A stretch of DNA of 58,080 bases, the filler included, from Catajapyx aquilonaris (taxonomy: Eukaryota): assembly GCA_000934665.2 (NCBI GenBank). It is 3 parts of 3 records of this genome, joined end to end, with 100 filler letters (N's around TTAATTAATTAA, not from the genome) between each part and the next. Parts side by side here need not be neighbours in the genome. Positions count along the whole stretch, not along the records: positions 38,812 to 58,080 come from JYFJ02006496.1; 2 more parts are not named here. One strand, given 5' to 3'. A program made the position numbers and the translations under genes. The first letter of the stretch is position 1, and each line of letters begins with the position of its first letter. This document shows, piece after piece, positions 47,071 through 58,080 of this stretch. Below the pieces are notes generated by a model. It ran no database searches and was not told the origin of the DNA. It saw nothing but the letters and a program-made list of their open reading frames with translations.

Positions 47071-50000
47071 AGCAGCACATTACAAATTCATCGAATGTAC
47101 TATCTCCATGTAAATCTGCCCCAGTTTTGAGGACACATTGTGTGACACTGTGTGAGTGAGTGCAGGACAGATTAAGGACAAAACATCCCACATTCCGCCG
47201 CATTAAACGGACACCGCACACAGAAATAGCTCTACTCAGTGACATTTTAGCGTCAGAAGAGCCAGACCCTGGACCTACTTAGCTGCGAAATGTCTTTTTG
47301 CAAGGGTCGAAATATTTGGGACACAAAGGTGCATGTTGTACTCCAAAATTATTATTTTCACTCCAAAGTGTTTTTTAACAACACGATTAATTAAAAATTA
47401 ATCGCCCCAAGTAATCAATTTGCACCTGGAAAAACAATTAAGATTCGACCCCTTCTTTTTGGTACACGAAATGTTTTAATTTAGCCAGATTTCCAGTGCA
47501 ACAATGTTGTGTCCGAAACTCCACTAGCAGTAATATGAGGTAAAATGTTTGCAATCATTATGAAACACCCGGTGTGCGATGGGCGGACGGTCCTGACTCC
47601 GAAGAGGTAATTTTGTGCCCCGGCTGTAATTACCTGATGGGGTCGGGCTTGAGAAAAGACACGTCTGGGAAGGATAGGTCATAGCGTGGGAGGGGAATAA
47701 CAGAGGGGGAGGATGGAAAAGAAATTGGATTTGATAGGAGTGGTTTGGGGGGAGGGGGGACTGCTGGGAACCGGTCCCAAGTTNCTAGAAATCACGTCCC
47801 GTTGTCAGCCCAAGGTCCGGCACGTTGCGGCCAAAGAAGGCGGGGGGATGAAGACAAAAAAAATATTGGGAGCTAACTTTTAGGTATAGCCTAGGGTCCG
47901 ATTCCTTTGGCCACGAAACGGCTCTTCATTATCCATTTAGACAGCACATAAGGGTCAGCAGCTTCCCCGTAAACGATGACCAGAAAACTTTGGGCATTTG
48001 GCAAGTGCGTGAAAGCAAGGGTTCATTCACAGTGGCGCATGCTTTTATCTGCCGGAAGTGACGTGGTGCACTCGCATAACTTACAAACAAAAATATTCTT
48101 TGCAGTATTCATCGTATACGCAACACTCGCTGTTGAAAAGGGTAATCTTATTAAGCCATCCTGAGGCGTGGGAGGAGACCAAAATGGAAGTGCTGATTGG
48201 ATTTGCACCTCTGAATAAAAATGTTGTCCATTGAGAGATTTTCTTCATTAGCTCTACTCCCACGAAAATATAAATCCTGGCTGAGCGGTTCCGAGAAGAA
48301 GTATTTTACGGATCATCTTGCACCAGAGCTACACGGTAATTTAGCGAAAAGGGGGGGGGGGAAAGTAAAATTAATTATGGATGTTCGCAAAAGAGCTCTT
48401 TTGTGGTGCGCGTGGGAGGATTTGCTGTATAAAATTTCCTCTTTATTGCAAAAGCCTTGCTCCGTAAACAAGAATTTTGCATCACTCGGGCTTAAATATT
48501 CATCGTCTTCATGATCAAGACTGCTAAAAAGGTAAACATTATTTTACAAAAATCATAACGAGCAGTACAATTTTTCATTTCCCTAAGAGCCGACATTTAG
48601 TAATGACATGGAAGGACTAATGAGTGAGTGATGTTGCTCCATGATGCCCTTTCCTGGAAATGATGTTTCCAAATCAACGAATCGACGACTCGCAACTTTT
48701 AACATATTATTTGCATCCGCATCTTTAGTGACGTGATTCAAGCGTGGGATACACTAAGAGATATCAAAAAATGTTTTTTTTTTCCCTGATTCTAAAAAGT
48801 CTCGCAATTAGTTGAAGGCATTTCAGGTCTTGATTATACACATTACCCCGTAGCTAGACGTTCTCACTTTACTGGAGTGATGGTTGTTTGAAGATGCGCA
48901 GCGTGTAAAATCTCCCTGAATTCGCGTCCTTTTCCCCCAGTGCAGTATATTGGCCTGGGAATTCGCGTCTTTGTGCCTCGTTCCCCGTCACATATTTGCT
49001 TTTCACTCGTGGCTGGATCCGGTTCTTTCTTCCTTTCCCCCCGGATTGCAGGTACTTTCACTAACTCAACTAGGTGACACTCTCCCGTATGTCACCAGGT
49101 GATCATGTCACTGTGCAGCAAAATTACACCAAGGCTTTTCTGCAATACTCCCTGCATTTCCCTTTAATACCATGCAACATAAATTGCTTTCTCGACATCT
49201 GAAATATTGCCTTTGCTCGCATCTACGAATCCGATTGTCCCTATAGGGATGAGGCGAATACGAACAAAGCCAAAGCAGCATCTTGAAGACTCTTTTGTCT
49301 ATCAAGACTCCGCATCTCTCTATAAGGAATGATCCGGAACACAGCACCCGGAATCGAAACAGCATCATCGGATGCCGGCAGATGTTCCTTTCCTCCAAAA
49401 CTTCCAACCCCGTAGTAATAAAAGGCAAACCGTTTCGCAGGGAGTAACATGAGGAGGTAATTACCGGAGCATCTATAGCCTGCAATGAGGCCCTTGGGTT
49501 CCTAAACTGCATGTCATCCCGACTCAAAGAGCCTGCAGTTGAGAACCTGTCAGCGCCAGATACACGGCCTTCTTTGCCCCCGATAATGAGCAAAAGATTA
49601 GTACTGCAAGGAGGGAGGATCTACAGGTAATATCTTGCGCAACAATAGTCCGCAGCGTGATATTGGCTTGAAGAGTCGAAAAGTTTGGAAAGTTGCAATG
49701 TAGCGATGAGAGCAAAATAAATTAATATGGGTTTGTGTGACGAGTACGGCTCTCCGAGGGCTGTGTGTCAGCAATCACTGCAAAATGTCAGGCTCTGTCA
49801 CCATTACTGCGATACCATCTCGGTCCGGCTCGTAATGAAAATTGAAATGGTGTTGATTCCCATTTGGCCCTCCCTAATGTGACGTTTTTCACCGCCGGAG
49901 AACCTTAGTGGTATGGGGCCCAGCATTATGTTGGGATTATGTTTCACTGTGGCCCCATACAAAAAAATGCGCCGACCATGTTTCAGGTGCGTCCATTGTG

Positions 50001-52854
50001 TGGTCCCGAAAGCCTTGGCTGACGGCTCATTAGCAATATCCAAACCTTTTTTTTTTTTGGTAAAACGTGCACAGCGCCTCTCTTTCGGCTATTAATTAAA
50101 ACACTGAAAAGGCATTCATCCTCACACACGTGCTACCCACTTAACCGGACCACTTTTTTCATTAATTTCGGTTGCGTAATTACTGGCGATCGCTTGCAAA
50201 ATCACGTCCAGATTTTGCGCAATTAACAACCTACCCGATAAATCGATGGCCGTATGGAAATAAAAATGAAAGGCCAATCAGGTGAAAACACACACACACA
50301 CCCACTTTGGAACATGCCCAACAGTTAAGAAGAGCCTTGAGAACAGGCCTCTTCTGTTTCCTGCTCTTGAGTGAGCAATACAAAGGCCTATAGATTTTTC
50401 CTTCTCTTAATTGATTACCGAGAATAAAAAGGAGTTCGTTGAAAAATCAGCCTTCCTTTTCTTTTTAAAGGAAACTGGCAAGGGAAAAAGGAAAGGGTAG
50501 ACCTTCGATATTTCTTTTTGTCTGCATCGGAATCCTATACCGACATAAACCGTAACTTGCTACCGGTACAGGGTGCATTTAGAATATTGTTTGCTTGAAT
50601 AAGTCGAGAAATAATATCCCAGCACATCAGTGTGTATCAAGCTCATTGTCTCGCGGGCCTGGACTTGAGGTCTGCAGATTCTCCATCACACAAAGTGCCG
50701 CCCGAGGCCCAAATAGTCCGCCTTGCCTGTCACGCATAACAATATGCGATCCTCACTTTCGCAACAGTGCAGAAATTTTGCGAAAATGTTAGCAGTCTTC
50801 CGGCTGTGTCAGTGTCATCTTAATGGCAATATATTCGAGCCGAGCTTTTTCGATCCGGATTTTTTCCGTTTCAATGCCTGGCCTGACTTCCCCCGTCAAT
50901 GTCACCCGGAGTTTATTGAGGCAGCTGTGCATTATTCACTATACGGAAAAGACCTGTTGCCAACCCGGCCTTCTTTTCATGCCAATCCGCCAAGGGCTCA
51001 CGCTATGCCCTAATTCTGCAGAGAAGCCATTCAAGCCTGCACAAATGAGCGAAAAAAAATGTCTCGGACAAACCCACGCTGCGGCAACCACAGACACTCC
51101 GGCCGTGACCATGCAAAATGATCGCAATCTGATGGAAACAGAGCATAATTTTGTTCCGTTTTGCATGTAACAAAACGTGCAAATGAGACGTGGCAATTTG
51201 TACAAGTTGCGTTTTAAAAGCGGTTGTCATCGAGAGAAGCGGTGTTGGGGGGGATGGGAGGAACGGACAAACTAACATTATATCCCCCTGATGCTGGGTC
51301 GAGTGTTCCAGAGAGCGCAACTGAGCCAACACTCATCACAGTGTCACTCTGGGGGATTCACACAGGAGCCTATCCGATAACAGGACCTGGGCATAAAAAA
51401 CATTGCGGGGTAAATTGGGGTAAGCGCTGTGGAAAACTTTCCCATGCACTAAATCCCTCTAGGGATCAAATCGCTTCACCCCCGCATACTTTTAGGACAC
51501 ACAGCTTGGGATAGGGACACGAGTGCGATGGGCATCCTCTTTCAAGTTAGCACGACATTTGTCACAATTTGGAATATTGTGCGCCCTCAAAAATATTACT
51601 CACCATTATTATACTTATCGCCCAGAAACGTAAACGATTTCTTAATAATTTTTAATGCCTTTGATTGCAAAAAGGTATTTTTGTTGATGAAGACCTAATA
51701 GTCTGAGAAGACTATAATCCTTTCCCCCCATTTTCTGTGCTGAATCTCGACCTGGAGTGTCACCCCGGGTTGACAAAACTCCAGAAAAAACTTGGGAAGA
51801 CAAAAGGAACGTCTTTTTGTACCCGTCGCTTCTCGTGTCAAGTTAAGCCTTCCGGTGAGCTCCTGAAGAAGAGAAATCCGTCCCGTGAGACAGGTATTAC
51901 GTAACGCTTTCCTTCTCTCTCTCTCACTTTTGACTATCTGACTCCCCCCCTCCACAGAAGCCTTGTCCATTTTTGTATGTGCCCGAGAGGCGCAAATGAG
52001 CCTTGAAAAGTGAGTGCAAAAAAGTGAGAGAGAGTAGGGTGGGTGCTGCAAAATCATGCAAATTAATCACCTGCGCTGATGATGTGATGACGTGAATATG
52101 ATGGAAAGCGCGGACGGCCCCCCCATTGTGATAGCCCCAAGGCATAAACGGGGCGGGAGGGATATGTACCGTAGTTATTCATCGAATCCATCGGACTCGC
52201 GCAGCCTATAGGTAGTAGTAGCCTCGCGGGACAAATATTTATCGCCAAACTGAAATTATCCGCGGGCCTTTTTTTCTTTTTTTTTTGCCCCATGCATTGG
52301 CAACATCGGCAATGCTTTTGTGCGCGATAATTGATCGCTCCCCCTTTTTTACACGCACTAATTCTACCAGTTTTACAATACGCATTGTATTGCCAGTAGT
52401 TATTGCCAAATAGTTTTATGGTGACAATTGATTCTAATGGCGCTTTGTGGACCGTACTGTAAAAGCGGCTGAAAATTATAGTGCCGGTAGCTCCAATAGT
52501 TAAGGACTAACTGCAGGTTAAATCAGGTTGTTGACATGTCACCGTTAGCGATTAATTGTCCGTTAAAAAGTTGGGAAAACGGCTGACAGCTTTATTTATG
52601 CTTACATCTTCTCTGTAGTACATAAAGTAGAACGTATAGGGCTATTTTGTGATTTGCGCATAGTACAGTACAATATATTGCTTTGAAACATCAACCGTAA
52701 ACGCAGGTAATATCTACTGTAACCGATCCAAAGGTACAGAGATGAACGAAGCAGCCATCTCTCGTCGAGGGATCCAACTACTGATATCAACTCCGGGCCT
52801 TAAAATGGGCTTGAAATCACCGGAGAGTTCTGAAGAAGACAATCCAAAATGGGA

Positions 52855-53063
52855 TAGATGACACGTGGTAAATGAGGTTTTTTTTTAAATTTGGCAAGAG
52901 GATGTCTGGGACCGAATTGTCCGATAGCACACCGGACGTTTCACGGGCTCGGTTTCTACCCAGGGTATGTCCGGGCAAAAGCCATATACAAGATTTATGA
53001 TACACCAGAAGAGCTTTAGTACTGGTTCGATCCATTTTTAGAAGTCATTTCACGTGTCATATC
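52855..53063. mobile_element. MITE-like element with imperfect inverted ends
   Basis: atgacacgtggtaaatga ... tcatttcacgtgtcat. Confidence 0.45.
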
Positions 53064-54112
53064 AGAGAGTGCCCCCCACTCGTAATGACCCTGTGTGACA
53101 TTACTAGTTAGCACTTTGTGTGGGACACTTTCCTGTCGACAAAATACCGCGGAGGTAATGTGTAGCAAAGGTCACCGTGGATGTTCAAGGTAATGGTTTT
53201 GATTTTACCTTATACGGAAAGTCGACTCAGTCTCAGTTACATCTGATCATTTCACATTTTCATATAAATCATTCTAGACAAAATATACAGTAGGACTACA
53301 GGGTACAGTAAGTTTTTTGATAGCATTTGTGGCAGTGTATATCCTGTCGGCGTGGGTCGCAGGAGAAAAAAAAGTGCGCTCTCTGTTCATAAATTTAATT
53401 ATATATTAATTGATCTCCTCATTATTTTATCTCATTGCCAGTCGAGTTTAATAGACTGTATGGAAAGCTGTGCAAGTGTGGGGAATTTTCTCAGTGGGCA
53501 GCAGGGGCTTGTGCGAAGCTAGCTCCATCCTGCAGTAAAACGTGGGACTGCCAGACTGACTCTAATCAATTTTTTGGATAGAAACATGCGCAACATTTCG
53601 CGCCTGAAATCTACGAGTGAAGATTTTACATCAGTGTAGTAGTACTGTACCTGGGGTTGTGAGATTTTTTCGGTTTCTCTACTGTGCCTCGGTAGGACAA
53701 AAATATCAAAGTGAAATGGTCAATAGTAATAGAGATATTATCAGAATTTTTAATAAAGAGTGATTGTTGTTTGTTGTTAGCCCCGTAGGCTACTCTTTTA
53801 CCTCAGAAAGTGCCACATTTGTTGTACTATCTGGTGAGGCATCTGACTTGTCTGGAGAACACTGACCTACATACAGAAGCAGCAACAAACCATGAAAAAA
53901 ACATCAAAGCCTTTCCATTGTTGTCTAAAGAACAACCTATCTCATCCTAACAGCAATGGACCACATCATAAGCTGCCTCTCTTAGAGTTTTCTTTAGTAA
54001 ATGAAACATAATGAAAACCAAGCTCGTAAGTCATCTTTATATCCGTTTATATTCTACAACAGCGAGCTTATTACCCACTTCAACGTAGGGGCCATGGAAA
54101 ACATAACTGGAG

Positions 54113-54672
54113 CTAAGTACGCAAAGTGCTGGATGATTCACGGGAATTTTCTATTTCAGCCACAAGAATTTCAAGCTCTTTTTCATCCGGAACAGATTCG
54201 TCATCCGGAAAGAATTCGTCATCTGGCTCAGGGTGCTCCTCTTCCACGTGCTTCTTCATGGCGTTCCGAGACTCACACACCATAAAGCAGTATATGCATG
54301 TCCTGCGCATCCGGAAGTAGTTCAGGATCTTGAACACGATCATTTCCACGAAATTCCAGATCACATCTACCAGATTGATGTCCCTGTTATCGTCCATTCT
54401 TAGCAGGTCGTAAACTGGAAGAAAATATTGCCTTTGGTTTAGTTGACATTACTTGTAGGGCTACTAAAAATGCATTGGGTCACTTCAAAAACGGATATTT
54501 ACTCACTCGCTCTCTCTCTGTAGTCAGTGATCTTCTGCGTACTGAGTGTGTACCTCGGTACAACCTTGGTATTTCGTCCGCCAGCAGTAAAGCAGAAGAC
54601 TTTTTGGAACTCGACGACAAGCCCAACCGCTAAGACCTTTATGGTGACTGTCAACAAAGTAGTCCTGTCAAC
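54113..54672 (-). CDS. Spliced 3' part of an unknown protein with one C2H2 zinc finger and an acidic tail
   Basis: Exons ~54672-54507 (donor gtgagt) and 54414-54113 (acceptor ttttcttccag) join in frame (phase 1). CIYCFMVCESRNAMKKHVEEEH is Cx2Cx12Hx4H; PDDE-like repeats follow. Confidence 0.55.
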
Positions 54673-54922
54673 CTGCACTGCACGGTTACTCAGGAAACGA
54701 CAACAATACGAGGCGGAGGTTCAGTTTGGCGCCTCTTTTTCAGATCAATAATTCGGGCAGCATTATCTGTCGACTAGAAACTGAACCAGAAACTGCGGGA
54801 TGTCGGCACAAGATGGACTGCGAAGTTACATTTTACCAGAGTCGACGAAGGCTACAGTTTTCTATGTCGACTTGGCAATATTGTGTTACATTTTTTATTA
54901 ATATTATAAAGACTGTCCATTG

Positions 54923-55014
54923 TACCCTATTTTTCGTTGTTCTCCGAGCGTTTTGTCCCCTCAAGAGGGCACCGCCCTATCACGGGGTAGATAAATAAAT
55001 AAATAAGTAAGTAA
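54923..55014 (+). mobile_element. 5'-truncated retroposon 3' end
   Basis: 17-bp TSD ataaagactgtccattg at 54906-54922 and 55015-55031; stem-loop plus (TAAA)n tail. Confidence 0.85.
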
Positions 55015-58000
55015 ATAAAGACTGTCCATTGAAATTTGAGTTCAGTAGTAGCAGATATTTTAAGCAATTAACCCTCGAGTCAGCCTGGTTTTCACAATCA
55101 GCTGTAAAACTTTTCAGGTGACTGTACTGTATATAGGCCTACTCACATTTCGCATTATAAAAATTACAATAATTTTACAAACGAGCCGAGGTTGAATGTT
55201 CAGATTTTAGCGGTGATACTTCCGTGATAATTTAATAACCAGGAGTGACACTTGGATTGGTTTCATGAAGCACCACAAATTTTATTTGACCGCCATTGTG
55301 TGCACATGATGACAGCCGCGGCTTTGCTACTTCTCTATACATCAAAATCAATGCGGCTTTGAGCAATTTTTTTCCAAAATGCTTTTGATTAGCCAGCACA
55401 AATTAATCATTACCAATCCAATAACGTCAAAATCTGTAATTGTTGACCAGCAGGTACAATTCATGTTAAAACAATGTTGAGTAGAGCCATTGAAAAAAAA
55501 AAGTGAGAGAGAACAATGTACTCTGCGTGTGATGTATATAAATCACACGAGCAGATTGCAATCTCATGATCTGCTCGTATCGTTTTGAAATGGAGTGGAC
55601 TGTGTACAGTATGTGCACGTGAGCAAATCGATGGTTAAAACTTCTGACTAAGCTTTCATTAATGCCTGCATTCACTCGCGTCATGAATCGCAGTTGGAGC
55701 TGGTGTAATTGATTGGCTGTCGAGGATATGTCATATAATTGTCACTTGGATCCAGCGTTATGGCGCTGTGAATCATGCGTGCAGCTCCAGCGCTTGAAAT
55801 GTGTGTGATTTGATGCCAACCTGATGAGGTTTTACCTCCGATTTGGCAGGGAATACCGACGGTGAACCTCTGACCTCCCTGGGGTTATTGCGAAACTGCC
55901 GCCAAATCAATGAACCAGAAACAACGTCGTTAGGAATCGGGTGCGAGATATAAGCACGTGAAGTGCACCGATTCGCAAAAAAAAACTTGCCAAAATTGAT
56001 CAGCACTGTTGTACCCTAATTTCGGCACAATATGACCCAATTATTGCAGCTGCGATAATCACAAATCAATGCGTCATACACCTGTTGTCGGACCATTAAT
56101 ATTATGAGACATTTCCCATCTTGGAATTCGGGATATTTTCAGGGAAAGTGTTGTGGATAATCAGGGCCCCGCGTCTTGAACCTTGACAAATGGGGTCTAT
56201 CAGGCGCGTTTTCGCCAAGTTTAAGGGAATTAACAACGGGCTATTTACAAGCCAGTGAATAACCCTTCTCGAGTCCCTCCCTCCCACCATCCAAGTCTCA
56301 TTAGCACTGGGAGAGATGCAGAAAATGCATCTCCTGGTAAAACAAGTGCACTTCTCCAAGCCTCTCTTGTAAGTGTTATTTGTGTGTACCAGCCTTGGTT
56401 GTAAAGTAAGTACTGTACCTCCCTGCTAATGACCAAACCCAAGGCTCTTGAGCCTGTTCTGACTCGGGCCATTCAAGGCTGTCTCCATTGGACTGACTTG
56501 GAGTGACGGATGAGAGCAAAGAAGAAAGGATTCTCATGTCCTGGGCATGCGTCGGTGCTAACAGCCCCGGGGGCCAAACTGTTGACATATAAACTCCCCC
56601 CCCCCCTCATTTTTTTTTCTTCTTACAAGCCAAGGCTGTTCGTCACCATGCAAATACATCCCTGAAAGTGAAGTGATTCTTGCGCAAACTAATCATCAGC
56701 ACTAGCAGTCCCCGATAGCCATTTTCTATCCAAACGCAGAGAGATGGGTACAGTACACGGGGATTCTCTGCGGGCCTTCGCCTTGCAAATAAGAGCCCCC
56801 AACCCTCCTTACCCCCCATCCTATTCGTTGTCTGCCTTCAATCTGGGTTCATGAATACTAACGCGGAACTTGGCTTCAATGCATGGAGGGAAGGAAAGAA
56901 GGAGGAGGAGAAGAAGAAGGAAAAAAAGTGTCTCTCTAAACTAAACTCGCTGTTTAAGGGAATATGAAATTAGTCTGGACGCTTTGGCCTGGAGAGACGG
57001 ATAATATATTGTAAAATCGATGGGACATTGCTACTCGGCCAGTTTCTTTCGTAAATACCATTTGTCTTTTATTTACATGCAAAAAATGTGAATTATTGGG
57101 ACAGGGTAGTACTGCTCGTGTCTTACGGGACACTTTGCTTAGTCAATCCTGCGTTAAATCTAGTGTTCTGCGGATATTTAGGGTCTTTTCTGCATATATT
57201 GCAGATTTCATGGCCCAGTTGTACGTATGCAGGTTAAGGGCATATCTGCAAAATCAATATTTCCCCATATCTGTTAATACTCACATGAGTAATCATCGTA
57301 ATGTAATAGCAAATCATATATTAATATATTAGTAGTTGATCTTCACTTAACAGAGTGAAATCTCAGCGGAATTGTATTTACACTTTTACAAATTACATGA
57401 CTTCATAATGTTCCAGGTTACATAATTCAGAAATCTTAGCCTGCCTCTTATAATAACAAGTTTTCAATATTTTTCTCCCTTACTTGACGAGCGTCCCATG
57501 AGGATGGATTTCTTTGCAGCTCCAGCTGTGTAAATGCACGTTGTCGTCGTCATCATTTTTGCAAAACACTAAAAGAGCTCGGGGTTGCCAAACATTAGGC
57601 CCGCCTCTTTTCTTCTTCCGGTTATAAAAATATATAATGCATGGCACTTGAAAACTTTTACAGCCGCGTTTTCTTGAGAGTTTAATCAGAAAGTCCTCAA
57701 CGTCTGCTCCTTTAAAAAAATAACGCCGAGATATTCATGTCGTGAGTTTAACAAAGTCTAAAGGGCGGAAAAAACTTTAATAGGAGACGAAGCGAAAAGT
57801 GGATTCTTGCGGTGGGAAAAAGTGAAAAAAAAGTAAATCAATTCCAGGCTCTGCCTTATGGAAGTCATAAACAGTGTCCTGTAGGAGCATGTCTCCTTTT
57901 GGGGCGAAGTCAAACGGACGTCTAGAATAAAAGATCTCTTAATGTCATTTTATTTTAATAGAAGAGACTCATAAACTGCATCCGAAGCTTCATTCGACCT

Positions 58001-58080
58001 TGCAAAATGTACCCCGTTTGGCTCAAAGCAAAAATAATTAAAGTTGCCTTTCATCCATTTTTGACTATAATTGCGATGCT

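Noticed and set aside
49615..49630. ggatctacaggta, resembling the miR-10 family complement
   Set aside because: Partial match only and no precursor hairpin
38812..53900. Many 60-170 aa ORFs in contig 3
   Set aside because: No recognisable domains or consistent splice structure; expected by chance
1..58080. CRISPR arrays, operons or a single immune/translation cluster spanning the window
   Set aside because: Intron-containing animal DNA with no repeat-spacer arrays, and the contigs are artificially joined

Overview
Animal (probably invertebrate) genomic DNA. The window is three ~19.3 kb contigs (1-19276, 19377-38711, 38812-58080) joined by artificial 100-nt N44-TTAATTAATTAA-N44 spacers, so adjacency across the spacers is not evidence of linkage. 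Contig 1 holds a 9-coding-exon nuclear-IkB-like gene (IkB-zeta/IkB-NS/Bcl-3 type, ~789 aa) with kB-like sites upstream and many MITEs and SINEs in its introns. Contig 2 is mostly decayed sequence but carries an intact 4-exon divergent eIF4E paralog (300 aa). That protein keeps the main cap-binding residues, has lost the W73 eIF4G/4E-BP docking surface, and has a PAM2-like PABP-binding motif in an acidic N-terminal extension; it is the best candidate for a novel system (a direct cap-to-PABP bridge). Nearby are a disrupted TFIIA-gamma-like sequence and a PERK-like kinase C-lobe fragment. Contig 3 is largely non-coding, with a candidate Rel/Su(H)/E-box enhancer and a small spliced C2H2-finger gene. 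All family assignments come from manual translation and recalled motifs; no searches were run.
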